A program made the position numbers and the translations under genes. From positions 124,001-188,000 of the forward strand of contig OZ024765.1 in the NCBI GenBank assembly GCA_964016885.1: a DNA stretch of 64,000 bases, given 5' to 3'. This DNA is from Eledone cirrhosa. Lineage: Eukaryota. The notes under the pieces were generated by a model. The model worked only from the letters and a program-made list of their open reading frames with translations, was not told the DNA's origin and ran no database searches. Below, piece after piece: positions 14,976-29,803 of this stretch (positions are counted from its first letter, which is position 1; every line of letters starts with the position of its first letter).

Positions 14976-15213
14976 GTATGTATATTGTTTTGTTAAGCGA
15001 AGAATACATGCAAAAGTACTAGATTATAAGTTCCAGGAATTCTTGTAGAAAGCGAAATTGATGGGAAACTTCCATGTTTTGCAATGTTAGTTATATAATA
15101 GAAACCTGACTGCTGTATTTGTCTTCCATTCTAGGGAAACTCGGATATCACCAGTCAAATGCTTTTAAGAAGACAATTTATTTTTACTGTCATTTCATTT
15201 TACATACTTATAC

Positions 15214-15279
<66 letters not shown>

Positions 15280-15280
15280 T

Positions 15281-15315
<35 letters not shown>

Positions 15316-15625
15316 ATATATATGTGTCTATGTGTATGCATATAGGTATAAGAGTGTGTATGATAGCATGTAGCTAGCCCAGATATCGTAACAATAAAAA
15401 TAATATCTAGAAATTTGTTTTCTAAAGTTCCAGTCAGCTGATATATTTAACATGATATAATTTATATTCCTGACTGCCATTAGAACAATGGCTGCCAAAG
15501 ATATATATGACAAATCTGTATTAAAAGCCAACATAATATAGGTTTCATTTTGAAAAGTGCTACATTCTTGAGACAAAAGTATTTAGAGAAATCTGTTAAA
15601 ATTTTCCTAACACTGTATGTTAAGT

Positions 15626-15816
15626 GTGGGGGGATTGGCAGTATCGGTAGTGGGTCGGACGCCATGCTTTGACGCATAGAGTTACGGCCCTTGCGATTCT
15701 GAGTTCAAATCCCGCCGATGTTAACTTTGCCTTTCATCCTTACGGGGTCAATAAAATAAAGTACCAGTAATGTACTGGAAAATTGCTGACCTTTTGACTA
15801 TAGCAGAAACAATTAT
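15626..15816 (+). mobile_element. tRNA-derived SINE with Nin/Deu-like central block (family S2)
   Basis: tggcagtatcggtag...gagttcaaatccc (B-box)...gcctttcatccttacggggtc.ataaaataaagtaccag...agaaacaattat. Confidence 0.8.
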
Positions 15817-15896
15817 ATGTTAACTATGCTATAAGTTTATGTTCTGTTTTGTGTTGTGATATTTCCTTCACAGTTTTTTACAACGCCTTGTCATTA

Positions 15897-16031
15897 TTGC
15901 AGTATCGGTAGAGGGTCGGACGCCATGCTTTGCAGCATAGAACTACGGCCCTTTACGTTCCGAGTTCAAAATCACATCGAGGTTAACATTGCCATTCATC
16001 CTTACGGGGTCGATCAAATAAAGTACCAGTA
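15897..16031 (+). mobile_element. SINE S2, 3'-truncated
   Basis: Homology to the 15626 copy. Confidence 0.75.
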
Positions 16032-16270
16032 AGTTTCCCCCCTATTGGGGAATTTTTGTTGTTTGATTTTGTTATTTTTTTTGATATTTCTATCTTGTTA
16101 TAACCGGTTTACACGGCCAAAACAAAAATTGAACAATCCTGTACCGTTCTGTGCCGTCTCTAATGTTTTTCTGCGTGTCAGCTCTTGTGGCCAATAAAGA
16201 AATCATTATTACTATTATTATTATTACTATTACCATTATTATTATTATTACTATTATTATTACTATTATT

Positions 16271-16368
16271 ATTGACTTTGACTTTCATCCTTACAGAGTC
16301 GATAAAATAAAGTACCAGTAATACACTGGGGTAATTGCTGGCCCTGTGCCTAAAGTAGAAACAATTAT
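16271..16368 (+). mobile_element. SINE S2, 3' half with (ATT)n tail
   Basis: Homology to the 15626 and 20105 copies. Confidence 0.75.
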
Positions 16369-16377
16369 TACTATTAC

Positions 16378-16408
<31 letters not shown>

Positions 16409-16420
16409 GTTATTGTTATT

Positions 16421-16826
16421 CCTTGAATCTCAGTCATTGATGTTGGTTAACTGGAAAGTCCGTTGGATTGAATATCAAGCCACTACCTGCAGCCTCAGAT
16501 ATTCAGGACGTATCGGAGGGTTCTTGCCGTTCCAAGCAAGCATGCCTTTTGAAGCGTTCCAAAAAGCGTGAAGGGGCCGATTTTCTTTAACCATCCCTGG
16601 AAACCTTTGGAGATAGTCCCCAGTGCGCCTATGACAATCGGGATCACTTTGACTTCATGGCAGTTCCAAATCCTTTTCACCTCCCACTTTAGGTCCTGGT
16701 ATCGGTTAATTTTCTCCCTCTCCTTCTCTTGCACTCTCGTGTCGAACGGGCAGGCCACATCCACAATCAGGCACGATCTTTTTTCTTTGTCCACAACCAC
16801 CAGGTCAGGTCTATTGTGTTCCAGTT
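16421..16826 (-). mobile_element. Second R4/Dong-like RLE LINE 3' fragment
   Basis: ORF 16495-16800 is nearly the same protein as 14161-14466 with a homologous 3'UTR. (TAA)n lies on both sides in element orientation. Confidence 0.88.
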
Positions 16827-16827
16827 A

Positions 16828-16941
<114 letters not shown>

Positions 16942-17086
16942 TGTTAGATGAAGGCATCGTACAACTAATCCTGCTCTTAATAAAGCTATTGTTACACAAC
17001 ATTACCCCCGTGGACATTTTCTGCTAAATTCAGAAAGGCGTAGACACGATCACACACATACATACACACATATGAGTATGTATATA

Positions 17087-17177
<91 letters not shown>

Positions 17178-17267
17178 AAGCTACAATGAAGGCTGTAGGT
17201 ATATATATATATATTTATATATATATATATATATGTTTGTATGTATATAAGTGCATACCATGATGAA

Positions 17268-17309
<42 letters not shown>

Positions 17310-17381
17310 GCAATAACATATATGGGTATATATATTTATATTTATATATATATATATACATATATTTATATTTATATATAT

Positions 17382-17429
<48 letters not shown>

Positions 17430-17810
17430 TTATTTATATATACATATAAGTGTAGGTCTGTATACATGTATGCATATTTATGTATATATATATATCTATC
17501 TATATATATATAATTATATGCACACATCCACAGACATTCACACACACATATATATATATATACACATACATACACCCACACCCACATATATGTATATATA
17601 TATATATACATATACATGTACTTATATATACATTTAGATAATATATATTTCTATACATCCAATTACACTAATACATTTTCATTTTTATGTATAGTGAAAG
17701 ATGTCCATTAAACGTCAATATATTTACATGTACTTATATACATATATACATTCACAAGCACATGTACTAGAATATATATATATATATATATATACATATA
17801 TATATGCATA

Positions 17811-17841
<31 letters not shown>

Positions 17842-17873
17842 GTGTATATATATATATATACTTGTATATATAT

Positions 17874-17914
<41 letters not shown>

Positions 17915-18037
17915 CATACATATATGTATACAGTATATGTATATATGCTTGTACATGCATAATTACATACGTACTTTCATACATAAATGCATTCTTACCT
18001 GTAACCATACAAATATAATTACATAGACATATACAGT

Positions 18038-18099
<62 letters not shown>

Positions 18100-18103
<4 letters not shown>

Positions 18104-18316
18104 AGGCGTGTGGCTTAGAGGTTAGAGAACTGGATTCGCAATCGTGAGGTTGTGGGTTCGATTCCTGGACCGGGTGATGCGTTATGTCCCCGAGAAAGAC
18201 ACTTTATTTCACGTTGCTCCTTCTACCTGGAGTTGCGACCGATAGATAGTACTAGCAATTGGAAAGACCAACGGAAACATTGTTTCCTCGGTCCGATTTG
18301 ACGAATGTCGATCGTT
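18100..18316 (+). mobile_element. tRNA-derived SINE (family S1)
   Basis: A-box tggcttagaggtt, B-box ggttcgattcc. Body shared with the 13094 copy. Confidence 0.85.
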
Positions 18317-18368
<52 letters not shown>

Positions 18369-18370
18369 CC

Positions 18371-18430
<60 letters not shown>

Positions 18431-18763
18431 TACATCCATACAGAAAGTAAGATCTTTCATTTTTTATGTATGTTTCTATGGACAGAATATCTTTAAACAC
18501 TACTGAGAACTCTAGAATTCTCTAGAATTAAGATGTAAAGACATTGCCGATGTCATATTCCTCAAGTAGATTTCTCCTTATCTTTCTTACACGCAGATAT
18601 ATTCTGATAATGCCATGATATAGTAGCATAGAATATATTCAAATGTTATATAGGTCCATTTGTCTATACATACATTCATACATACATACATAGACATACA
18701 TGTATATGTATTTGTATATATCTGTACATAAAATCTATCAATATATATACCTGATTTAATATG

Positions 18764-18805
<42 letters not shown>

Positions 18806-18832
18806 TGTACATAAATATTAATGTATATATTA

Positions 18833-18869
<37 letters not shown>

Positions 18870-18900
18870 AATATGCATATATATATATATATATATATAT

Positions 18901-19030
18901 GTAAAAGGTACGCAGATATAACAAAGTAAATGGCTCAGTCCTTGGAAGAAATATATTAGTTCACCGCTTAACAGAATTAACAGGAGAAAAAGGCTTATCG
19001 TTTCCAACTCTAGTCCTTCATCAGAAGATA
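18901..19030 (-). mobile_element. Penelope-like pLTR fragment (family G) with degenerate hammerhead at 18994-19028
   Basis: Minus strand reads tcttCTGATGAaggactagagttgGAAAcgataag. Downstream part is similar to 37273-37360 and 56214-56301. Confidence 0.55.
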
Positions 19031-19107
19031 GATTTAGAAATAAAAGTTAAATAGAAAGTAAATACAGACGTGCGTATTGTATTGAATTGGCCATGTATAT
19101 ATGAGTT

Positions 19108-19382
19108 GATAAAATACCAGTAATACACTGGGGTATTTGCAGCCCTTGTGCCAAGAGCTGAAACAACTATAATATATTATATTATATTATATAATTGTTT
19201 TTACTTTTGGCACAAGGCCAGCAATTATCACAGTGTATTACTGGTACTTTATTTTGTCGACGCCGTAAGGTTGAAAGGCAAAATTAACCTCGGCGGGATT
19301 TGAACTCAGACTATAAAAGACCGTAACTTTTCGCTGCAAAGCATGACGTCCGACTCTCTACCGATACTGCCAATCCACCGCC
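19108..19382. mobile_element. Two SINE S2 copies tail-to-tail (19108-19168 +, 19193-19382 -)
   Basis: Homology to S2; inverted around a shared AT-rich tail. Confidence 0.75.
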
Positions 19383-19745
19383 CTATTATATTATATAATA
19401 ATAAATTATATTACTTTATATTATGTTATATTATACTATATTATATCAAAATACATATGTGCCGATGTACTTGCGTGAATGGAGAAGTTTTCTGTATTTT
19501 AGCAGTTCAATTCGAAGATCAAAGTGTAATATTTATAAAACCAGTCAGTCAGATTCGCACACTTTTACTCACATACATATAGGTGTATATATATATTATA
19601 TATATTATATATATGTGTGTGTATATATATATATATGTATATATATATATTTATATGATAGTGCATATATATATTTATATATATATACATACATATGTAT
19701 ATGTATATATACTTATATATTAATTTATACATATATACACACATA

Positions 19746-19797
<52 letters not shown>

Positions 19798-20104
19798 CAA
19801 TAAAAAGATACATACATAATAAATATAATAAACATAAATATAACAAATATAATATATATAATACATATAATATATTTGTAAATTTCAAAATGGTCGACAC
19901 CACTCTAATATTTCAATATATAACAAGAATATTACACAAAACCTTTTTCCATTTACAAAGTGTTATCAAAATACCGTAGACCTATACGTGAAAGTGTCTC
20001 TGACCTTTCTACTGGCCTCCAAGTTTCTGAAATCCAGCAACAAGACAAACTTTAACACAATAAGAATTTTAAAGAATATGAACTAGTATTATTTCTTCAA
20101 CCAG

Positions 20105-20289
20105 GGCGGTGAATTGGCAGTATCGGTAGAGGGTCGGACACCATGCTTTCCAGCATAGTCACGTCCCTTTACGGTCTGAGTTCAAATCCCGTCGAGGTTA
20201 TCTTTGTCTTTCATCCTTCGATAAAATAAAATACCAGTAATACACTGTGGTAATTGCTGGCCTTGTGCCAAAGGTAGAAACAATTATTT
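20105..20289 (+). mobile_element. SINE S2, near full length
   Basis: ggcggtgaattggcagtatcggtag...gagttcaaatccc...ggccttgtgccaaaggtagaaacaattatt. Confidence 0.85.
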
Positions 20290-20557
20290 CTTCAACAGGT
20301 TTCTACAAAGTGTGTTTCAATCACATTAATTATGTGTCAACCATGTTGGTTTTCTTACGCCATCTTTATAGGTATGTGTATGTCTATGTGTGTGTATGTA
20401 TGTGTGTGTTTATGTGGGATTGTGTGTATTTATGTATGTGTTTGTCTGTATATACACTATGTATTTATATATAATATATATATACGTATATATATAGACA
20501 TATATATGCATACGTAACCTAAATATAAATATATCTTTATGTATATATATATATCTT

Positions 20558-20614
<57 letters not shown>

Positions 20615-20703
20615 ATATATTGTATATATATATGTATCTATCACTTTCCCTCTCTGTAAATATATACGTATATATATATATATGTATCTCTCCATCGCTC
20701 TCG

Positions 20704-20752
<49 letters not shown>

Positions 20753-21014
20753 AATATATATATACATATATGTATATATACATATATATGTATTAAATCT
20801 ATATGCATATATATGTGTGCGTGTACTTATATATGTATATATATATATACACAAATATATATACACACATTCATATTCACACACATATATACATTTACGT
20901 AGACACATATTTATTACTTTTCTCAATATTAACACCTTGTTCCTATTTTTGAACATTTTCTTAGATCCAATTACATATATCTCAAACTTCCATATTATAT
21001 TAAAATTTCTTTCA

Positions 21015-21049
<35 letters not shown>

Positions 21050-21177
21050 GTGTTGTTGTTATTATTATTAGTAGTAGTATCGTCATTGTAAGTTTGGTGT
21101 AAAGCTTGTAACTTGTAACTTGGAATACTTTCAGCAACCATCCACATGTATTTCTATAGACTACATTCATATATATG

Positions 21178-21317
<140 letters not shown>

Positions 21318-21444
21318 TATATATATGTAAATATACATATTCGTATGTATATATTACATACATATACATATGTATATGTCTATATATATGTATATGTCTA
21401 TATATCTATATCTATATATATTACATACATATACATATGTATAC

Positions 21445-21484
<40 letters not shown>

Positions 21485-21544
21485 CACATACACACACCAA
21501 CACACACACACACCAACACACCAACACACACACACACACACACG

Positions 21545-21576
<32 letters not shown>

Positions 21577-21914
21577 AATATATTAATATAGATATAGATA
21601 TATTCGTACGTATGTATGTTCTTGAAGGAAAACACAACACACACATAGATACAAAGAGAACAGATATTTTATCAGTTTTTTTCTACCTCTCAGCTCTCCG
21701 ATGCAGGATTTTGTACGATGGAATATGCAATAATATCCCATGAAATATGTCTTCCTTTTACAATCACACGTTCGCCATATTTATTTTATTGGTCAAAACG
21801 TAATTCTTCGAATTGTAGAATGTATTTCTATGCAGAAACACCTCTATAGAGTATGAGTGCTTCAGAATGCTGCACAATTTATGTGTTGGTATATGTATAT
21901 ATATATGTATATAC

Positions 21915-22049
<135 letters not shown>

Positions 22050-22147
22050 CATATATACACATATATATATACACATATAATATATATATATGTATATATA
22101 TACACATATAATATATATATATGTATATATATATATATGTGTATATA

Positions 22148-22191
<44 letters not shown>

Positions 22192-22251
22192 TAATATATG
22201 TATATATATATACACACACAACATATATATATATATGTATTATGTATATAT

Positions 22252-22325
<74 letters not shown>

Positions 22326-22931
22326 GTTTATATATATATAATTTTGAACCAAAACCAACACTTTCTATCACTGAGTACACATTATCTGATGTAGGAACGG
22401 TAAAATAGAAAAGAAACGCGAAACCAAATATCAAAATAAAAAGCAAAAACAAAATGGACGACACCACAAAGTTAACACAACTAAAAACCACAGCGAATCA
22501 GATGAAATATATATAAACAGGAAAAATAGAAATGGAGGATGTGTGAGGATGTAAGTTAATACAACATGAACATTTGTGAAACGTTAATTCAACAGTGGGG
22601 AGAAATAAAATCTGGTAAACCATTATAATCAAAAGGAAAAGTTGATATGTAAATATTAAAATGAAAAAGAAGGAACCATTATTGAAAGCTCCATTTCTGT
22701 AGTGGACATTGGAATTGTGTTGTTTGACAAAAACAACTGTCGTTTCATAGAAATGTGTTAGGGTGAAAAGAAAATAACTCAACCATTCGTAGAAAATTGG
22801 GCTGTTAAGTTAAGTTAAGTTAAGTTAAGAAACCTGCGATTTCACACTTGGTAGATAATACCTACGTCTTTCTGTAAGGCTGGAAAGAAAGTTTCACAAC
22901 CATTCGTAAAAGATTGGGCTGTTAAGTGTAA

Positions 22932-23001
<70 letters not shown>

Positions 23002-23005
<4 letters not shown>

Positions 23006-23067
23006 AAGTATGACCCCAACGGCAGAGCTCAAGCCGTTTCGACGGCTATTTCTTGGACTCAGAAATA
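23002..23067 (-). mobile_element. Family B element fragment (half-hammerhead)
   Basis: Minus strand reads tatttctgagtccaagaaatagccgtcGAAAcggcttgagctctgccgttggggtc. Confidence 0.7.
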
Positions 23068-23099
23068 TACCTATAATATACCTATATATATATAACTCT

Positions 23100-23352
23100 A
23101 TCTAGAGCGGGTAAAATTCCCGAGATCCATGGACAAGTTCTCTACATCGGTCTCTGTCCCTCATTATCGCTGCCATGTCCTGCATCTCCAAGAGACCAGG
23201 GTCTGTCCTTAGGGCATCAACATTTGTTAAACCTCGGTCTTCCTCTTCCAGTGTGTCCATGCAGGGCTTCCCACATGAGCACTGAGTGAGGTGTCTACTC
23301 TGGATATCGGTGAGCATGTCCAGCTAACCTCAGTCTCCTCTGTGACACGTTC
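23100..23352 (-). mobile_element. Degenerate RTE-clade LINE C-terminal fragment
   Basis: Across a frameshift: [57 protein letters not shown], a typical GH..R / GRP / DR..WR tail. Confidence 0.75.
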
Positions 23353-23429
23353 GAGGTGTATATATATATATTATATGTATATATATATATAATATATATA
23401 TATATGTATATATATATTTATAATATACA

Positions 23430-23583
<154 letters not shown>

Positions 23584-23690
23584 ATATGTATGTATGTATA
23601 TACACATAGAAGTAATTGTATGTGCTACTGTGTGTTTGTGTGTGTAGTGTAACGAATTTCAGCAACGAAAATCAAAACCTGAATAAAAAT

Positions 23691-23874
23691 AATTGTTTCT
23701 ACTTTAGGTACAAGGCCAGCAATAACCCAGTGCATTACTGGTACTTTATTTTATCGACCCCGTAAGGATGAAAGGCAAAGTCAACCTCGGCGGGATTTGA
23801 ACTCAGATCGTAAAGGGACGAAACTATGCTGGAAAGCATGGCGTCCGACCCGCTACCGATACTGCCAATCCACC
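23691..23874 (-). mobile_element. SINE S2
   Basis: Reverse-complement homology to the 20105 copy. Confidence 0.85.
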
Positions 23875-23952
23875 ATAAAAATAATACAATACAATATCTC
23901 CATATTTTAACGTCTGTTATGGAAACAAAAGAGACTTAACGTTTAATTATTA

Positions 23953-24055
<103 letters not shown>

Positions 24056-24337
24056 CCATACACACTCACACAGACACAAACACTAACATACACACACACA
24101 TACATTCACAGCCGTCTCCTACACAACAGTTTTTAAACAAGTTTTTTTTAATATGATTCTCGGCTAACACCGTTTACAATATAGGTCTAGTTTTGTATTT
24201 TCGTGTAATGTTTATTGTTAGTTATATTAGCATAGAGGTTGATGATAATGATGATGGTGATGATGATGGTATTGATGATGATAATGTTAATATTAATAAT
24301 AAATTATACAGTGATAATTATTTTATTAAGACGGGGT

Positions 24338-24496
<159 letters not shown>

Positions 24497-24572
24497 CATA
24501 TATATACATATATATATATATATATGCATTCATATATATGTATATATATGATATTATAAATACATATGCATA

Positions 24573-24612
<40 letters not shown>

Positions 24613-24776
24613 AATACATATATATAATATCATATATATATAAATACATATATTATATATATATTTATATATGTATAAATATATATATATATTTACATAT
24701 TCAATGTATGAAGCAGGTGAATCATGAATAAATATATTTAAATCCATACCGATGTCTATACGTATATATATCTATA

Positions 24777-24827
<51 letters not shown>

Positions 24828-24993
24828 ATGTGAACAAAGGGACATGAAATTAGTTTTGTCGGATCAATATCGTTTAATATTAACCGAAGATTATTACTTT
24901 AGTTTTATTTCATTACATGTTAATATTAGACCGACATATTTCTAGTTTTGTAAATCAAACAGTATTTAAGATTCATTTCACGAACATATATAT

Positions 24994-25069
<76 letters not shown>

Positions 25070-25158
25070 AATGAATATTATATATATATTTGTTTATAGA
25101 TAAATATATATATATATGTATAAATAAAATATATACATTCATATGTATGAATTTATAT

Positions 25159-25268
<110 letters not shown>

Positions 25269-25805
25269 ATCAGTATATATATATATATATTAATGTATAT
25301 ATATATATACACAAAATGAACTAACACAAATATAAATTTAAACTAACAAGACACACACACAAAGACACACACACAAAAAAAATGTATATATACCAAAAAC
25401 TACGATCAAGAAAAAACATGAAAGATTTAACGAAATTTGAAAAAAAAAGGAAATTTATTATTTATAAACAATATTTTTTGATTTAAATAAAATATTTAAA
25501 AAGTAATGATTTTATGTGGCTGGAATCTAGGGTTTCTCTAGACTTTTAAAATATATTTTATATTGTGATAAATTATTTGGAGTTGATGGAATTATATAGG
25601 AGAGAGGAAGAAAATATCAAATGTTAAATTAACATTGATAAAAAGAACGAAATTATAGGAGTAAATTGTAGCTATTAAAATTATTTACAATTTATATATA
25701 AATACACAGAGACACAAAGACCCATACACAGTGACACTCACACGTTCACACATACACATACAAATATATATATATATATTATATATATATGTATATAAAT
25801 ATATA

Positions 25806-25935
<130 letters not shown>

Positions 25936-26067
25936 GTAAAGTTATATTTAAAATTGTTGGGTTTACAACTAGTAAATATTTATAACTGATATAAAAGCAC
26001 TCGACAAATATTTGGAGTATATTTACAATATTAAATAAATGGAAAACTATATTTATAAAACCATATT

Positions 26068-26133
26068 TATTTCATTATATATATTTCGGGGATATCATAT
26101 TAACAATATGCTATGCCTTCATCAGACAAAATA
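26068..26133 (-). ncRNA. Type I hammerhead ribozyme, mirror copy (predicted)
   Basis: Reverse complement of 26288-26353. Confidence 0.7.
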
Positions 26134-26287
26134 CAATATAAACAGTTTTATAGATAAATATATTCGACATACCGTAATAAACATCAACTTCATTTGGAGA
26201 GGTTTACGCTAGCGTAAACCTCTCCAAATGAAGTTGATGTTTATTACGGTATGTCGAATATATTTATCTATAAAACTGTTTATATTG

Positions 26288-26353
26288 TATTTTGTCTGAT
26301 GAAGGCATAGCATATTGTTAATATGATATCCCCGAAATATATATAATGAAATA
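26288..26353 (+). ncRNA. Type I hammerhead ribozyme (predicted)
   Basis: Stem I tattttgt/atgaaata, CTGATGA, stem II with catatt-gtt-aatatg, GAAA, palindromic tatata loop, UA cleavage site. Confidence 0.7.
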
Positions 26354-26430
26354 AATATGGTTTTTATAAATATAGTTTTCCATTTATTTAATATGTATAT
26401 ATATATATATATATTTATGTATATATATAC

Positions 26431-26523
<93 letters not shown>

Positions 26524-26552
26524 TATCTATACTTATATATATATATATATAT

Positions 26553-26629
<77 letters not shown>

Positions 26630-26737
26630 TATATAATCTATACTTATATATATATATATATATATATAATAGGATCAATCACATTTTCTTAAATTATTGG
26701 ACATTTTAACAGAAATTGTAAAGGCAAATGTGCAGAT

Positions 26738-26759
26738 AATGATAATTGTAATAATAATG

Positions 26760-26817
<58 letters not shown>

Positions 26818-26965
26818 TAAAATAATGATAATAATAATAACAACAATAATAAGAGAAGAAGAAAACGAAGAAGAAGAAGAAGAAGAAGAAGAAAAAAGAA
26901 GAAGAAGAAGAAGAAGAAGAAGAAGAAGAAGAAGAAGAAGAAGAAGAACAACAACAACAACATCA
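26738..26965. repeat. Compound (AAT)n-(AAC)n-(GAA)n microsatellite
   Basis: Direct reading. Confidence 0.9.
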
Positions 26966-27030
26966 AGAAGAAAATGAAAAAAAAACGAAAATGAAAAAGA
27001 AAATGAAAAAGAAAAAAAAGAAGGGAGATA

Positions 27031-27177
27031 AATAATGGTTTTTTATATAGGAACAAGGCCAGCAATTTTGGGGGAGGGGAAAGTCGATTAAATCGACCCT
27101 AGTGCGTGACTGGTACTTTATTTTATCGACCCCGTAAGATTGAAAGGCAAAGTTAACCTTGGCGGGATTTGAACTCA
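27031..27177 (-). mobile_element. SINE S2 variant, 5'-truncated
   Basis: ctggtactttattttatcgaccccgtaagattgaaaggcaaagttaaccttggcgggatttgaactca. Confidence 0.8.
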
Positions 27178-27604
27178 ATAATAATAATAAATCAGATCCG
27201 CAAACGATTAATATAATTTAAACTAATGAAGCTTCTACAAAGATCCACAGACAATGTAATAGTAAGAGAGACATTCGGTGTAAAATGATGTTCTACTTCT
27301 CAGATTTATTATGAAATCTTCTGCTCAATGTGAAAAAAAGAAATAACGAAAATAAATGTGGAAGACAAAATGGCGGAATAATTAAAGATGGATGGTTCGT
27401 TCTTAGATTTTTGTTAATGTGAGAGATTTAATCGACTGCTTTCAAATATTCTAAAGAATTTTTGTTCTGTGTGTATATGTCTATGGTATTAGCATCTGTT
27501 ACCGTATCAATGACGGTGTGGTGTTGTGGTGGTGTGCAGATGGTCATAATACCACACATATAAATACGCACACGCGTACACACACACACATGTAATTGCA
27601 TTTA

Positions 27605-27637
<33 letters not shown>

Positions 27638-27726
27638 GTATATATATGTATATACATTCAAATGCGTGTATGTGTGTGTAAGCGTGTATCGGTGTTTACA
27701 ATTAGAATTTAAATGCAAATACGGAA

Positions 27727-27808
<82 letters not shown>

Positions 27809-27890
27809 TTATATATTTATATATGTATATATATGCATATATCTGTATATATATGTATATATCTATATATATGTATGTATCGATCTCGCC

Positions 27891-27935
<45 letters not shown>

Positions 27936-28242
27936 ATATATATATGTATAAGGGAAACGTGTGTGTACGAATAAAGAGGGAGAAAACGCAACAAATAGAG
28001 AATGTGACACACACACATACACATACATATATATATTAAAATGGACGTGGTCCAATCTCAACTATATCGTTCAAGAGATGTACTTCAATAATAAATGAAA
28101 ATATTTTCTAAATGCTTCCATTATCTTCTGAGGTTTATATATTAGCGTTGTTTTATATTTACATTGAAATTCTATAGAACATACATTCATTTTAATGAAT
28201 TTAATATAATATAATATAACAAAATACAATATAATAAATGTA

Positions 28243-28282
<40 letters not shown>

Positions 28283-28654
28283 TTGTATGTGTGCGGATAT
28301 ATATCTATGTATATATGTATGTATATACGTTTGTATATATACATATACATATATATGTATGTGTGTATATAGGTATACAAATATATATATATATATATGT
28401 GTGTATATCATATATAGATATGTATACATTATACATATACATGGATATGTATATATATATATATATATAAATATATATATTTACATACAAACATATAAAT
28501 ATATATATAATATATATATGTATACAAATACATATATATATATATATATTATATATCTATATGTAATACATATACATATAAATATATATATATTATATAT
28601 ATATGTAATATATAAATGTATATACACACACATATATATATGTGTAATATATAA

Positions 28655-28739
<85 letters not shown>

Positions 28740-28844
28740 AGCTTTCATATGAGTAATGAGAATTTGAAGAGCCCTTTGTCTGTATTCCCACTACTATAGC
28801 GAACCCTACTTGAGACTGTCTTATCTCAATAATTCACAGTTACA

Positions 28845-28906
<62 letters not shown>

Positions 28907-28962
28907 ACTGTAGTAATAGGTTACTGTAGTAATACTTTGTGCATACGTCACTGTTGCAAATG

Positions 28963-28996
<34 letters not shown>

Positions 28997-29000
<4 letters not shown>

Positions 29001-29358
29001 ATTAAATAAATGGAAACTATATTTATAAAACCATATTTATTTCATTATATATATTTCAGGGATATCATATTAACAATATGATATACCAAATCAACCTTCT
29101 CAAATGCAAGTAGATGTTGTTACGGTATGTCGAATCTATTTATCTATAAAACTGTTTATATTGTATTTTGTCTGAGGAAGGCATAGCATATTGTTAATAT
29201 GATATCCCTGAAATATATATAATGAAATAAATATGGTTTTATAAATATAGTTTCCATTTATTTAATATTGTATATATACTCCAAATATTTGTCGAGTGCT
29301 TTTATATCAGTTATAAATATTTACTAGTTGTAACCCAACAATTTAAATATAACTTTCC

Positions 29359-29360
<2 letters not shown>
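28997..29360 (+). mobile_element. Family A element with inverted 5' duplication (28997-~29087)
   Basis: Homologous to 25938-26394. Left arm is the reverse complement of ~29186-29270. Confidence 0.8.
29164..29229 (+). ncRNA. Type I hammerhead ribozyme (predicted)
   Basis: tattttgt CTGAGGA aggcatagcatattgttaatatgatatccct GAAA tatata TA atgaaata. Confidence 0.62.
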
Positions 29361-29394
<34 letters not shown>

Positions 29395-29461
29395 GAAAGG
29401 TATAGAAAACATTGTAGCAAGAAGCCAACAGTATTCCATAATATATATATATATATATTCC

Positions 29462-29549
<88 letters not shown>

Positions 29550-29652
29550 ATTACATATATGTATATATATGTATATATATATATATAAATATATATAAAT
29601 AAACAAATAAATAAATAAATATATATATATACATATACACATGTATATTTAT

Positions 29653-29685
<33 letters not shown>

Positions 29686-29803
29686 CTAGTTAGACAGTTA
29701 TATGGATATATATTTTTAATAAAATGCTCATATATCGTATATACAAAGAATATATATTAATGAAAATATTTCTAGTATGTTTATTGGGGAAAACACTTTA
29801 ATA

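Larger units (their letters stand above)
25938..26394. mobile_element. Family A Penelope-like fold-back element; palindrome 26028-26394 centred at 26210/26211
   Basis: ...ggtttacgct|agcgtaaacc... with ~183-bp near-perfect arms (one indel seen) and no spacer. Embedded in (TA)n. Confidence 0.8.

Noticed and set aside
18100-18175. Functional tRNA genes at SINE heads (also 13094, 45790)
   Set aside because: No convincing cloverleaf, and each continues into a shared SINE body.
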